The notes under the pieces: generated by a model | Seen by the model: only the letters and a program-made list of their open reading frames with translations | Told to the model about the DNA's origin: nothing | Database searches by the model: none | Assembly: GCF_020969955.1 (NCBI RefSeq) | Contig: NZ_JAHDSX010000006.1 | Location: 1 to 32,000 of the forward strand | Length of the DNA stretch: 32,000 nt | Direction of reading: 5' to 3' | DNA from: Allobaculum fili | GTDB taxonomy: Bacteria > Bacillota_I > Bacilli_A > Erysipelotrichales > Erysipelotrichaceae | Position numbers and translations under genes: made by a program | Shown: positions 24,839 through 32,000 of the stretch, one piece after another | Position numbering within the stretch: position 1 is the stretch's first letter | How the letters are laid out: every line of letters begins with the position of its first letter

Positions 24839-27026
24839 ACTCCCTGGCCAGCTGCTTCAGTGTCAGCCGGATAATCGTCGGGCGGCCATGCGGGCAATGA
24901 TACGGCTGGCGGCAGTGTTTCATGTCTTCAATGACTTTTTTCATTTCCTCCATCGAAAGCCGGTGGTTAAAGCGGATGGAAGAATGGCAGGCGATCGTCG
25001 CGATCATATGACGACGGAGTTCCTGCATGTTCACATCCTTGTGGGAGGCAAACCAGACGAGCAGATCATCGACAAATTTTTCCGCGTTCATGTTCGTCAT
25101 CCAGCCCGGAATTTCGCGCAGAACCAGCGACCTATTGAGCACGTCGAAGTGCAGTCCGTAACGGCCGACGCTTTCGTTGAGCGTATCGACCATTGCGATC
25201 AGCGACGCCGGAACGGTTTTGGAAATGGGAAGAATCAGCGGCTGCATGTAGGGAGAAGGCTGTTCAAAGGAGTTGGCAATCTTTTCAAAGTTGGCGCGCT
25301 CCTGGGCCGCATGCTGGTCGATAATGACGAGTCCTTCGTCGTCTTCGCAGACGATGTAGGAATCCTTAAGCTGGCCGATAATACGCAGCGTATCCAGATA
25401 GCCAATGCCGCGGGCGTCCTGACGGGCTGCCCATTCGGCAGGATCCGCAGTTCCCTGCGGATAGTCAGGCGTCGTACGCTCCTGCACAGGACGGCCTGAA
25501 GCCGCACTTTCTTCCGGACGATTGGCAGAGGCGTTTTCGGCTCTTTCCTCCCCAGAATTCAAAAGTGTTTTTTCACCAGCAGAGACCGAAGTCTGTGAAA
25601 CGGGATTTTGCACAGGAGAAAGATCTTCTCCGGCTGGATTCTGGGGATTCACCGGAGCGGTCTGAGCGGGCGTGTCGCTGGCGGTCAGATCGGAAAGTTT
25701 TTTCTGCGCCTGATTGAGAAAGGACGAATTGAGAAAGGCAAGCTCTGCATCTGCCGATGCTTTGGTGCCGGAGCGCTGCGGGGCTTCTTCTCTGGAAGCT
25801 GCCGTGGCGGCTGATTGGCCCTTTGAATCGGTGCGCGGCGGAACCGCTCCGGCCGGATAGCCAAACGGTGCGGAAGGCTTTCGATCCATACGGGGCGCAC
25901 CGGATCCGGCGGGATACGCAGATGCAGCCGGCTTTCCGTAGTCGCGCACGCGGTTTTCCTGGACTACCATCGTTCCGGGAAGGGGCTCCATGGAATACGT
26001 TTCCTTTTGGTGCACAGCCGGATTCTGAATCTCGGGCGCCTGAATTTTTTCTTCAAACAGCGACTGAATCGTCGTTTTGATCAGATCAGCCAGATATTCT
26101 TCCTTGGAAATCCGCACTTCCAGCTTGTTTGGATGCACGTTGACATCGACGAGCTGAAAATCCGTTTCGATATTCAGGAAGCAGACCGGATAGCGCTCCC
26201 TGGGCAGGAATTCGCGATAGCCTTCGACAATCGCGTTGACAATCGGCCAGGAACGAATCGTACGGCCGTTCAGGCAAAGGTAAATATAGGATTTGGACGC
26301 ACGGTTGACGGACGGCTGGAGCGCGTAGCCGCTGATTTTGAAGTCGGGACTGGATGCTTCAAACGCTTCGGCTTTGCTGGCAGCGTCGCGGCCAAACATC
26401 TGAAAGAGAATTTCAAGACGGTTGGATTTGCCGGTCGTCTGAAAAATCAGACGATTGTCATGGCGCAGCGTAAAGCGGACTTCCGGATGGGCGAGCGCGA
26501 TTTTATTGACCGCATCCGCAATGACCGCGAATTCATAGTTCGGCTTTTTCAAATATTTAAAACGGGCTGGCGTATGCAAAAACAGACCGCGCACTTCGAT
26601 TCGCGTTCCCTGCGGTACGTCCGCGTGTTCATGCAAAATCAGTTCGCCGTAGTCAAAGACAATGCGCGTACCGCCATGGACATCGGCGGTCGTCATGCTG
26701 ACGCGGGCAACCGAAGCGATCGAAGGGAGCGCCTCGCCGCGAAAGCCCATAGTGGAGATGGAAAACAGTTCATCTTCGCTCTGGATCTTGGACGTGGCAT
26801 GTCTCTCAAACGCCATGCGGGCATCATCAAAGCTCATGCCGCAGCCGTTATCGGTCACGATGACGCCATCGATGCCGCCCTGGAAGACTTCAATATCAAT
26901 GGAGTCCGCACCGGCATCGAGCGCGTTTTCCACGCATTCCTTGACGATATTCACCGGCCGGTCGACGACTTCGCCAGCCGCAATCATATTGGTCAGCTGC
27001 TCATCGAGTACATGAATAATTCCCAT
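24825..27026 (-). CDS. mutL: DNA mismatch repair endonuclease MutL
   Basis: The GHKL ATPase N-terminus carries EVVDRP, DNGCGM and GFRGEAL. The C-terminal endonuclease motifs are DQHAAQERANFE and CPHGRP. The disordered linker is unusually long (about 200 aa). Confidence 0.96.
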   Translation of the reverse strand: MGIIHVLDEQLTNMIAAGEVVDRPVNIVKECVENALDAGADSIDIEVFQGGIDGVIVTDNGCGMSFDDARMAFERHATSKIQSEDELFSISTMGFRGEALPSIASVARVSMTTADVHGGTRIVFDYGELILHEHADVPQGTRIEVRGLFLHTPARFKYLKKPNYEFAVIADAVNKIALAHPEVRFTLRHDNRLIFQTTGKSNRLEILFQMFGRDAASKAEAFEASSPDFKISGYALQPSVNRASKSYIYLCLNGRTIRSWPIVNAIVEGYREFLPRERYPVCFLNIETDFQLVDVNVHPNKLEVRISKEEYLADLIKTTIQSLFEEKIQAPEIQNPAVHQKETYSMEPLPGTMVVQENRVRDYGKPAASAYPAGSGAPRMDRKPSAPFGYPAGAVPPRTDSKGQSAATAASREEAPQRSGTKASADAELAFLNSSFLNQAQKKLSDLTASDTPAQTAPVNPQNPAGEDLSPVQNPVSQTSVSAGEKTLLNSGEERAENASANRPEESAASGRPVQERTTPDYPQGTADPAEWAARQDARGIGYLDTLRIIGQLKDSYIVCEDDEGLVIIDQHAAQERANFEKIANSFEQPSPYMQPLILPISKTVPASLIAMVDTLNESVGRYGLHFDVLNRSLVLREIPGWMTNMNAEKFVDDLLVWFASHKDVNMQELRRHMIATIACHSSIRFNHRLSMEEMKKVIEDMKHCRQPYHCPHGRPTIIRLTLKQLAREFERA

Positions 27027-27106
27027 GTCCCTTCCCTCCTTCTCGGGTTTCTGTCTGTATTTCTATTGGTTTCGATTTATAAAATCGTGTGTTTCTCCAT
27101 TTCAGG

Positions 27107-27144
27107 TAAAAAAGCAGCCGGTCCGGAATCGCAGACCGGCTTGC
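27107..27144 (-). terminator. Terminator-like hairpin between mutS and mutL
   Basis: GCCGGTC (27117-27123) pairs with GACCGGC (27134-27140), extended by bulged outer pairs. TTTTTTACC follows on the minus strand. Confidence 0.5.
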
Positions 27145-27204
27145 GTAAATTGTAAGGCCAGAACAGCGGATCAAATTTCCCTGTCTGAAGCGGAAAATTG
27201 GAAA

Positions 27205-29739
27205 TCAGCTCAGCTTGTCGGCTTCCTGCTTGAGGCGATACAAAATGTCGAGCGCTTCTTTGGCCGAGAGACTGTCGGGATCGATTTTCTGAATTTTTTC
27301 GATCAGCGCCATGCGGTCCAGATCTTCCGGATCCATCACAAAGAGACTGGATGGAATATTGGAGGCCGGCGAATCGGCTTCAAATTCGTGGAGCAGATCG
27401 TCCGCCCGGTTGATGACAATTTTCGGCAGACCGGCCAGCTTCGCGACATGAATACCATAGGATTTGTCCGCTTTGCCCTCGACAATGCGGTACAGGAATT
27501 CGATTTTGCCTTTGTTTTCGCGCACGTCAACGTGGACATTGCGCAGATTATCGATCGTTTCTTCGAGTTCCGTCAGTTCGTGATAATGGGTGGAAAACAG
27601 CGTTTTCGCGCCGATGGCGCCGCTGAGATATTCCAGCATCGCCCGGGCAAGCGCCATGCCATCGTACGTGGCGGTACCGCGGCCGATTTCGTCAAACAGA
27701 ATCAGCGAGTTTTTCGTGGCGTGGCGCAGTGCGTTATTGGCTTCCATCATTTCCGTCATGAACGTCGACTTGCCCTGAAGCAGGTCGTCGCTGGCGCCAA
27801 TGCGGGTAAAGATGCGGTCAAAAACCGGCAGCTTGGCTTTTCTGGCCGGAACGAAACTTCCGATCTGCGCCATGATCACAATCAGCGCGTTCTGGCGCAG
27901 CCAGGTCGATTTACCGCCCATGTTCGGACCGGTAATCAGGCAGATGTCGCAGTTTTCATCCATAGTCCAGTTGTTGGAGACAAAGGAAGGCATGCGCTCA
28001 TCGAGAATCGGATGACGGCCCTCGACGATTTCCACGCTGCGCGTCTGGGTAAATTCCGGACGTTCATAGCCTTGCATCGCCGCCAGATCAGCCAGCGAGA
28101 CGAGAACATCGATCAGACTGAGCGCCTTGGACAGCTGATGCAGATCCGCCAGTCTGGATTTGATCGTTTCCAGCAGGCGGGAAAACAGTTCTTCTTCCAG
28201 AACGATTTTCCGCTCCTGCGCGTTCAGAATCTTATCTTCGAGCTGTTTCAGTTCATCAAAGGTAAAACGGGCACTGTTGGCCAGTGTCTGTTTCTGGGTA
28301 TAGCCAAGATCCGGCGTAATCTGCGAAAGCTGGCTGTTTCGAACTTCGACATAATAGCCGAATACCCGGTTGTAGCCGATTTTCAGATTTTTAATGCCTG
28401 TCCGCTCGCGTTCTCTCGCTTCGAGTTCCATTAACGCCTCGTCACTGGACGTGACCAGACGGCGCACCTCATCGAGTTCGGCGTCGTAGCCGTCCGCAAT
28501 ATAGTTGCCGTCCTTGGTGGACAGAGGCGGTTCGGCCACAATGGCGTCCTTGATCTGCATGTAGAGATCCTGACAGTTGTCGACTTCCTGAATCATCGGA
28601 AAGCTGTCGAGGCACGAAGCCAGATCGAGAATCGGCGCCGCGTGTTCAAGCGAGGCACTCAGCTGCAAAACGTCTCGAGGCGAAGCGCTGCGATAGCTAA
28701 TGCGCGCTGCCAGACGTTCGAGGTCGTAAATGGAGGAAAGATGATCCTGTAAAGACGCGCGGATCAGAAACTGATCGAGCAGCGTCTGTACGGCATCCTG
28801 ACGGGCCGTAATTTCTCCGACCGAAAGGAGCGGGGCTTCAATCCATTCGCGCAGCAGGCGGCCGCCCTGCGCGCTTTTTGTATGATCCATGAATTCCCAT
28901 AAGGAAGTGGCTTTGGAAGAGGAAGAACTCGAACGGGTCAGTTCGAGATGCATGCGGGTTTCTGAATCGAGAATCATGCAGGCTTCCGGAAAGAGAGGGG
29001 TCATCTTCATCAGATGGTCCGCGTGCTGCATGGACGTCGCCTGCAGGTAGCCGGTCAGCAGGGAGAGCGCCTGTTCGATCAGCTTGTCCGGATACGGAAT
29101 CAGGCTTTCATCAAACGGTGTGAGCGGCGCCGGCGATCCGATGGAAAACGTCAGATCCTCATCGGCTTTCAGCGCGGCCTGCCACGTTTTATCGAGCTTT
29201 CGGGAGGCGACGACTTCCTTGACCTGCAGTTCATTGAGAAGGGAGCGAACGGCGGTAATGGATTTTTCCATTTGCGTAAAGCGCAGCTCGCCTGTCGACA
29301 GTTCGCAAAGCAGAACGAGAATATGAAGGTGATCGGAAGCGAGAACCGCCAGATAGTTCAGAGAGCGCTTGGAGTTTTCTTCTTCGAGCAGCGTTCCCGG
29401 CGTCACAATCTGAATGATTCCACGTTCCACAAGGCCCTTGGCTTCTTTTGGATCTTCGAGCTGTTCGCAGATCGCGACTTTATAGCCCTTTTTTACCAGA
29501 CGGGTAATATAGGATTTTGCTGCGCGAAACGGCACGCCGCACATCGGTGCCTTTTCCGCGCCGGCGGAGCGTCCGGTTAAAACGAGATCCAGTTCCCGGG
29601 AAACCGTTTTGGCATCGTCAAAAAACATTTCATAAAAATCGCCGAGACGATACATCAGGATCGCATCGGGATTTTCTTCTTTGAGCTGCAGGTAATGCTG
29701 CATCATGGGGGTATATTTTGATTTATCGATCTTATCCAT
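27205..29739 (-). CDS. mutS: DNA mismatch repair protein MutS
   Basis: Contains the N-terminal mismatch-binding motif GDFYEMF, the Walker A GPNMGGKST, and STFMTEM plus DEIGRGT. Confidence 0.97.
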   Translation of the reverse strand: MDKIDKSKYTPMMQHYLQLKEENPDAILMYRLGDFYEMFFDDAKTVSRELDLVLTGRSAGAEKAPMCGVPFRAAKSYITRLVKKGYKVAICEQLEDPKEAKGLVERGIIQIVTPGTLLEEENSKRSLNYLAVLASDHLHILVLLCELSTGELRFTQMEKSITAVRSLLNELQVKEVVASRKLDKTWQAALKADEDLTFSIGSPAPLTPFDESLIPYPDKLIEQALSLLTGYLQATSMQHADHLMKMTPLFPEACMILDSETRMHLELTRSSSSSSKATSLWEFMDHTKSAQGGRLLREWIEAPLLSVGEITARQDAVQTLLDQFLIRASLQDHLSSIYDLERLAARISYRSASPRDVLQLSASLEHAAPILDLASCLDSFPMIQEVDNCQDLYMQIKDAIVAEPPLSTKDGNYIADGYDAELDEVRRLVTSSDEALMELEARERERTGIKNLKIGYNRVFGYYVEVRNSQLSQITPDLGYTQKQTLANSARFTFDELKQLEDKILNAQERKIVLEEELFSRLLETIKSRLADLHQLSKALSLIDVLVSLADLAAMQGYERPEFTQTRSVEIVEGRHPILDERMPSFVSNNWTMDENCDICLITGPNMGGKSTWLRQNALIVIMAQIGSFVPARKAKLPVFDRIFTRIGASDDLLQGKSTFMTEMMEANNALRHATKNSLILFDEIGRGTATYDGMALARAMLEYLSGAIGAKTLFSTHYHELTELEETIDNLRNVHVDVRENKGKIEFLYRIVEGKADKSYGIHVAKLAGLPKIVINRADDLLHEFEADSPASNIPSSLFVMDPEDLDRMALIEKIQKIDPDSLSAKEALDILYRLKQEADKLS

Positions 29740-29914
29740 ATTCGTTATCTGTCTTCTCTGTTCCTTGCACTCGAATCATCGACGGCTTTCCTGTCGGTTC
29801 TGACCTGGCCGGATGGAAGGATCAGGTCCTTTTCTTTAAAGCGTTCGAGTATTTTTCCATGCGCGAAATGTTTCGCATTCATTTTTAGGTTTCGCGTTTT
29901 TGGTCTTTCGCATT

Positions 29915-29923
29915 ATTATAGCA
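29915..29923 (-). promoter_or_regulatory. Extended -10 promoter (TGcTATAAT) upstream of mutS
   Basis: The minus strand reads ggttTGcTATAAT. This would give a leader of about 170 nt before the mutS ATG at 29739. Confidence 0.45.
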
Positions 29924-30005
29924 AACCGTACAAGTCCCCCTGCAGGCTCCCACTTCCAGCCCGGTTTTGTCTCTTTTTGGAGGGGCCATGCGATCGGTGC
30001 GGGTA

Positions 30006-30014
30006 TGGTATACT
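30006..30014 (+). promoter_or_regulatory. Extended -10 promoter (TGgTATACT) upstream of the SEDS gene
   Basis: TGGTATACT occupies 30006-30014, about 30 nt before the GGAGGAG RBS. Confidence 0.45.
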
Positions 30015-30044
30015 GAATCACAACTTAAGGAAGGAGGAGATTTT

Positions 30045-31424
30045 TTGAAACAGAATATTCAAATTGGAAAACGAACGTTTTCTCTGGATTTCGGCTTTAT
30101 TTTCATCCTTCTCGTCCTGTTCTTTACGAGCTGCTTTGCACTGTATAACGCCTTCAACCTGATCCGGACCGGATCTGGCGAATCCTATTTGCGCCGGCAG
30201 ATTCTGTGGTACACAGTCGGGTTTGCGACGATGTATCTGATCACCCGCATTACCAATAAAAAGGTCATGGAATATTTGCCCATGGCTTACAAAATACTGC
30301 TTGGCATTCTGTTTTATCTGCTGGCTTCCAAGCTTCTGTTTCGCTTTACCTCGCATTCCCTGCCCTTTGCGAGTGCCGTCAACGGCGCCTATTCCTGGCT
30401 CCAGCTGCCGGGCATCGGTTCCTTTCAGGCTTCGGAGTTCATGAAAGTCGTTCTGATTCTGAAAACCTCGCAAATCATATCTTCCTTTCAGGCGGAACAT
30501 CCAAATCCAACGGTGAAGGATGATATGAAAATGTTCATGGAAATTCTTCACTGGGCTCTGCTTCCGATGATTCTGATTCTTCTCGAACCGGATACCGGCG
30601 TCTTCATCATTATCGGCTTCACTCTGCTCGTTCTTCTGCTCTGCTCTGGCATTCGGAAAATGTACATCTGGATCGCGCTGGGCTTTGTAGCCGTTCTTCT
30701 TGGCGGCTTTTTCCTGCTTTATTTCTTTAATCCGGATTTCCTTTCCTCGGTCTTCTCTTCCTATCAGATTCGAAGAATTGACGCGTGGCTGTATCCGGAA
30801 CGCAATATGCTGGGATCGAGCAACCAGCTATATACCGCCCTGCTCTCTTTAGGCTCCGCCGGTCTGACCGGGCATGGTCTGCAGGCTTCCATCATTTCGA
30901 TTCCGGAAGCGCACACCGACTTTATTTTCGCAGCATTCGGCCAGTGCTTCGGCCTGGCGGGAACGACGTATATCCTGTTCGTCTGCATGTGGCTCGATCT
31001 GTACCTTTGCAAAATGGCCTACAATTCCAAAGTGCCGTTTAACCGGCTCGTCATGATTGGCGCGATTGCCATGCTGCTGTATCAGCAGATCCAGAATCTG
31101 GGCATGATCGTCGGCCTTGTTCCGATTACCGGCATTACCCTGCCGCTCATTTCCTACGGCGGATCGTCCACGCTTTCCTACTTCATTCTGTTTGGCGTCA
31201 TTCTCAATATGTCGCCGCGATCGAAGAAGACCATTCGCTTCCGCCGCTATTCCTGGAAGACAATCAGCCAGAAAATTCAGAAAGGAACGCGCCGTTTTAT
31301 CGACCAACTTCGTCAGCCGGATCCCGAACATCCGCACGCCGCTGAAAAAGATCGAAAGAACCGTAACGATTCCGATCGCCAACAGCGCCGTTACCGCGCG
31401 CATGAATCCGAAATTCGTGTCTGA
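30045..31424 (+). CDS. SEDS-family peptidoglycan glycosyltransferase (FtsW/RodA/SpoVE)
   Basis: TTG 30045 lies 5 nt after GGAGGAG. It is a multi-TM protein with EPDTG, DFIF and ITGITLPLISYGGSS motifs. It has a basic C-terminal tail of about 70 aa. Confidence 0.9.
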   Translation: MKQNIQIGKRTFSLDFGFIFILLVLFFTSCFALYNAFNLIRTGSGESYLRRQILWYTVGFATMYLITRITNKKVMEYLPMAYKILLGILFYLLASKLLFRFTSHSLPFASAVNGAYSWLQLPGIGSFQASEFMKVVLILKTSQIISSFQAEHPNPTVKDDMKMFMEILHWALLPMILILLEPDTGVFIIIGFTLLVLLLCSGIRKMYIWIALGFVAVLLGGFFLLYFFNPDFLSSVFSSYQIRRIDAWLYPERNMLGSSNQLYTALLSLGSAGLTGHGLQASIISIPEAHTDFIFAAFGQCFGLAGTTYILFVCMWLDLYLCKMAYNSKVPFNRLVMIGAIAMLLYQQIQNLGMIVGLVPITGITLPLISYGGSSTLSYFILFGVILNMSPRSKKTIRFRRYSWKTISQKIQKGTRRFIDQLRQPDPEHPHAAEKDRKNRNDSDRQQRRYRAHESEIRV

Positions 31425-31509
31425 ACTTCTTCATCGGACTGTCCGAATGAACAATTGGAACGAACAGCCGGAATGAATAGCTGAAATGAAAAGCTGAAAC
31501 AAGAAAAAG

Positions 31510-31577
31510 AAAGACTGAGAATCTCAGCCGGTCTGCGAAAACCATTTGCAGATCAGAAGAGGTTTCTCAGTCTTTTT
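31510..31577. terminator. Long bidirectional stem-loop between the SEDS gene and nadK, overlapping the nadK stop
   Basis: AAAGACTGAGAA (31510-31521) pairs with TTCTCAGTCTTT (31564-31575). T-runs follow on both strands. The inner hairpin is TCTGC...GCAGA. Confidence 0.5.
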
Positions 31578-32000
31578 AAATACGAATAAGGACGAAGTCT
31601 GGCAAATCGGACGCTTTGCACAGAAAGCCGGATTTCTACCCAGTCGATATCGGTGAGTTTGGGCGTTTCGAAATAGTCGCAGCAAAGAATGGATTCTTCC
31701 AGCGACTTCCCTTTCAGCGTGACAACCCGGTTTTTATTCATGATGTAAGGAGAGACAAAGGAATGGTGATTGGCATGACTGACGGGCATGATCTGCGTAA
31801 TTTCCAGAACATCCAGTCCGTTTTCTACAACCGCACCGCCAAGAGAGCGGTTGGCGCCGCTGCTTCCCGCCTGCGTCGATACGCAGATGCCGCAGCTGTT
31901 GGTCGTTTCAAAAAACTCTCCGTCGATCAGAACATCAAAGCGAACGGTACTTAAAAAAGAGCCGATTCGAATTTCATTGAGCCCTCGAAAGATGCGCCCA
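31553..32000 (-). CDS. nadK: NAD kinase, C-terminal part (gene continues beyond the right edge)
   Basis: My translation of the minus strand stays open upstream of the track ORF: ...GLNEIRIGSFLSTVRFDVLIDGEFFETTNSCGICVSTQAGSSGANRSLGGAVVE...VRFARLRPYSYLKRLRNLF. It lines up with B. subtilis PpnK ([26 protein letters not shown] ... VRFARFRPFPFWKRVQDSF). Confidence 0.85.
   Translation of the reverse strand, partial: GRIFRGLNEIRIGSFLSTVRFDVLIDGEFFETTNSCGICVSTQAGSSGANRSLGGAVVENGLDVLEITQIMPVSHANHHSFVSPYIMNKNRVVTLKGKSLEESILCCDYFETPKLTDIDWVEIRLSVQSVRFARLRPYSYLKRLRNLF

Noticed and set aside
1-32000. CRISPR arrays, long tandem repeats, reverse transcriptase or retron-like elements, and toxin-antitoxin or defence-island architecture.
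   Set aside because: I saw no regularly spaced repeats of 20 bp or more anywhere. Outside the left-hand islet, every ORF of meaningful size is accounted for by a housekeeping family.

Overview
This window is a chromosomal, mostly housekeeping segment of a Gram-positive (Bacillota-type) genome with intermediate GC. About 27 protein genes and one tRNA are tightly packed, mostly on the minus strand. Several gene pairs overlap start to stop: ppaX-like/trxB, ricT/rsmI, tmk/holB, mutL/miaA and miaA/tcdA.

Gene order, left to right:
- An AT-rich islet at 1-960 holding a truncated mobile-element-like gene and an orphan acidic protein, abutting the 3' end of tRNA-Leu(CAG).
- A divergent PurD-like ATP-grasp gene.
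- A membrane-anchored NodB-type polysaccharide deacetylase.
- trxB, a PpaX-like HAD hydrolase and hprK.
- An XRE-HTH/zinc-ribbon regulator.
- uvrA, with no uvrB beside it.
- rsmI, ricT (yaaT), holB and tmk.
- An SRAP/YedK-type peptidase and a TIGR04076-family protein.
- yggS.
- Two tandem MurNAc-L-Ala amidases.
- gpmA and a CNNM/CBS hemolysin-family transporter.
- tcdA, miaA, mutL and mutS.
- A SEDS (FtsW/RodA) protein and the 3' part of nadK.

I found no CRISPR array, reverse transcriptase, toxin-antitoxin pair, prophage block or defence-type gene cluster. I cannot honestly point to a self-contained novel system here.

The best leads are modest:
1. The tRNA-Leu-associated AT-rich islet and its orphan acidic protein.
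2. A stand-alone PurD paralogue whose ATP-grasp active-site motifs look degenerate.
3. A NodB deacetylase with altered catalytic and metal-binding motifs.
4. A roughly 610-bp non-coding region upstream of uvrA with a strong promoter and a mini-terminator, which is a candidate small RNA or leader.
5. Several short phased repeats and palindromes in intergenic DNA.

Nearly every real gene carries a long codon-aligned antisense shadow ORF in the supplied track. This follows from near-total avoidance of TTA, CTA and TCA codons. These are not genes. Many predicted promoters are of the extended -10 (TGnTATAAT) type.
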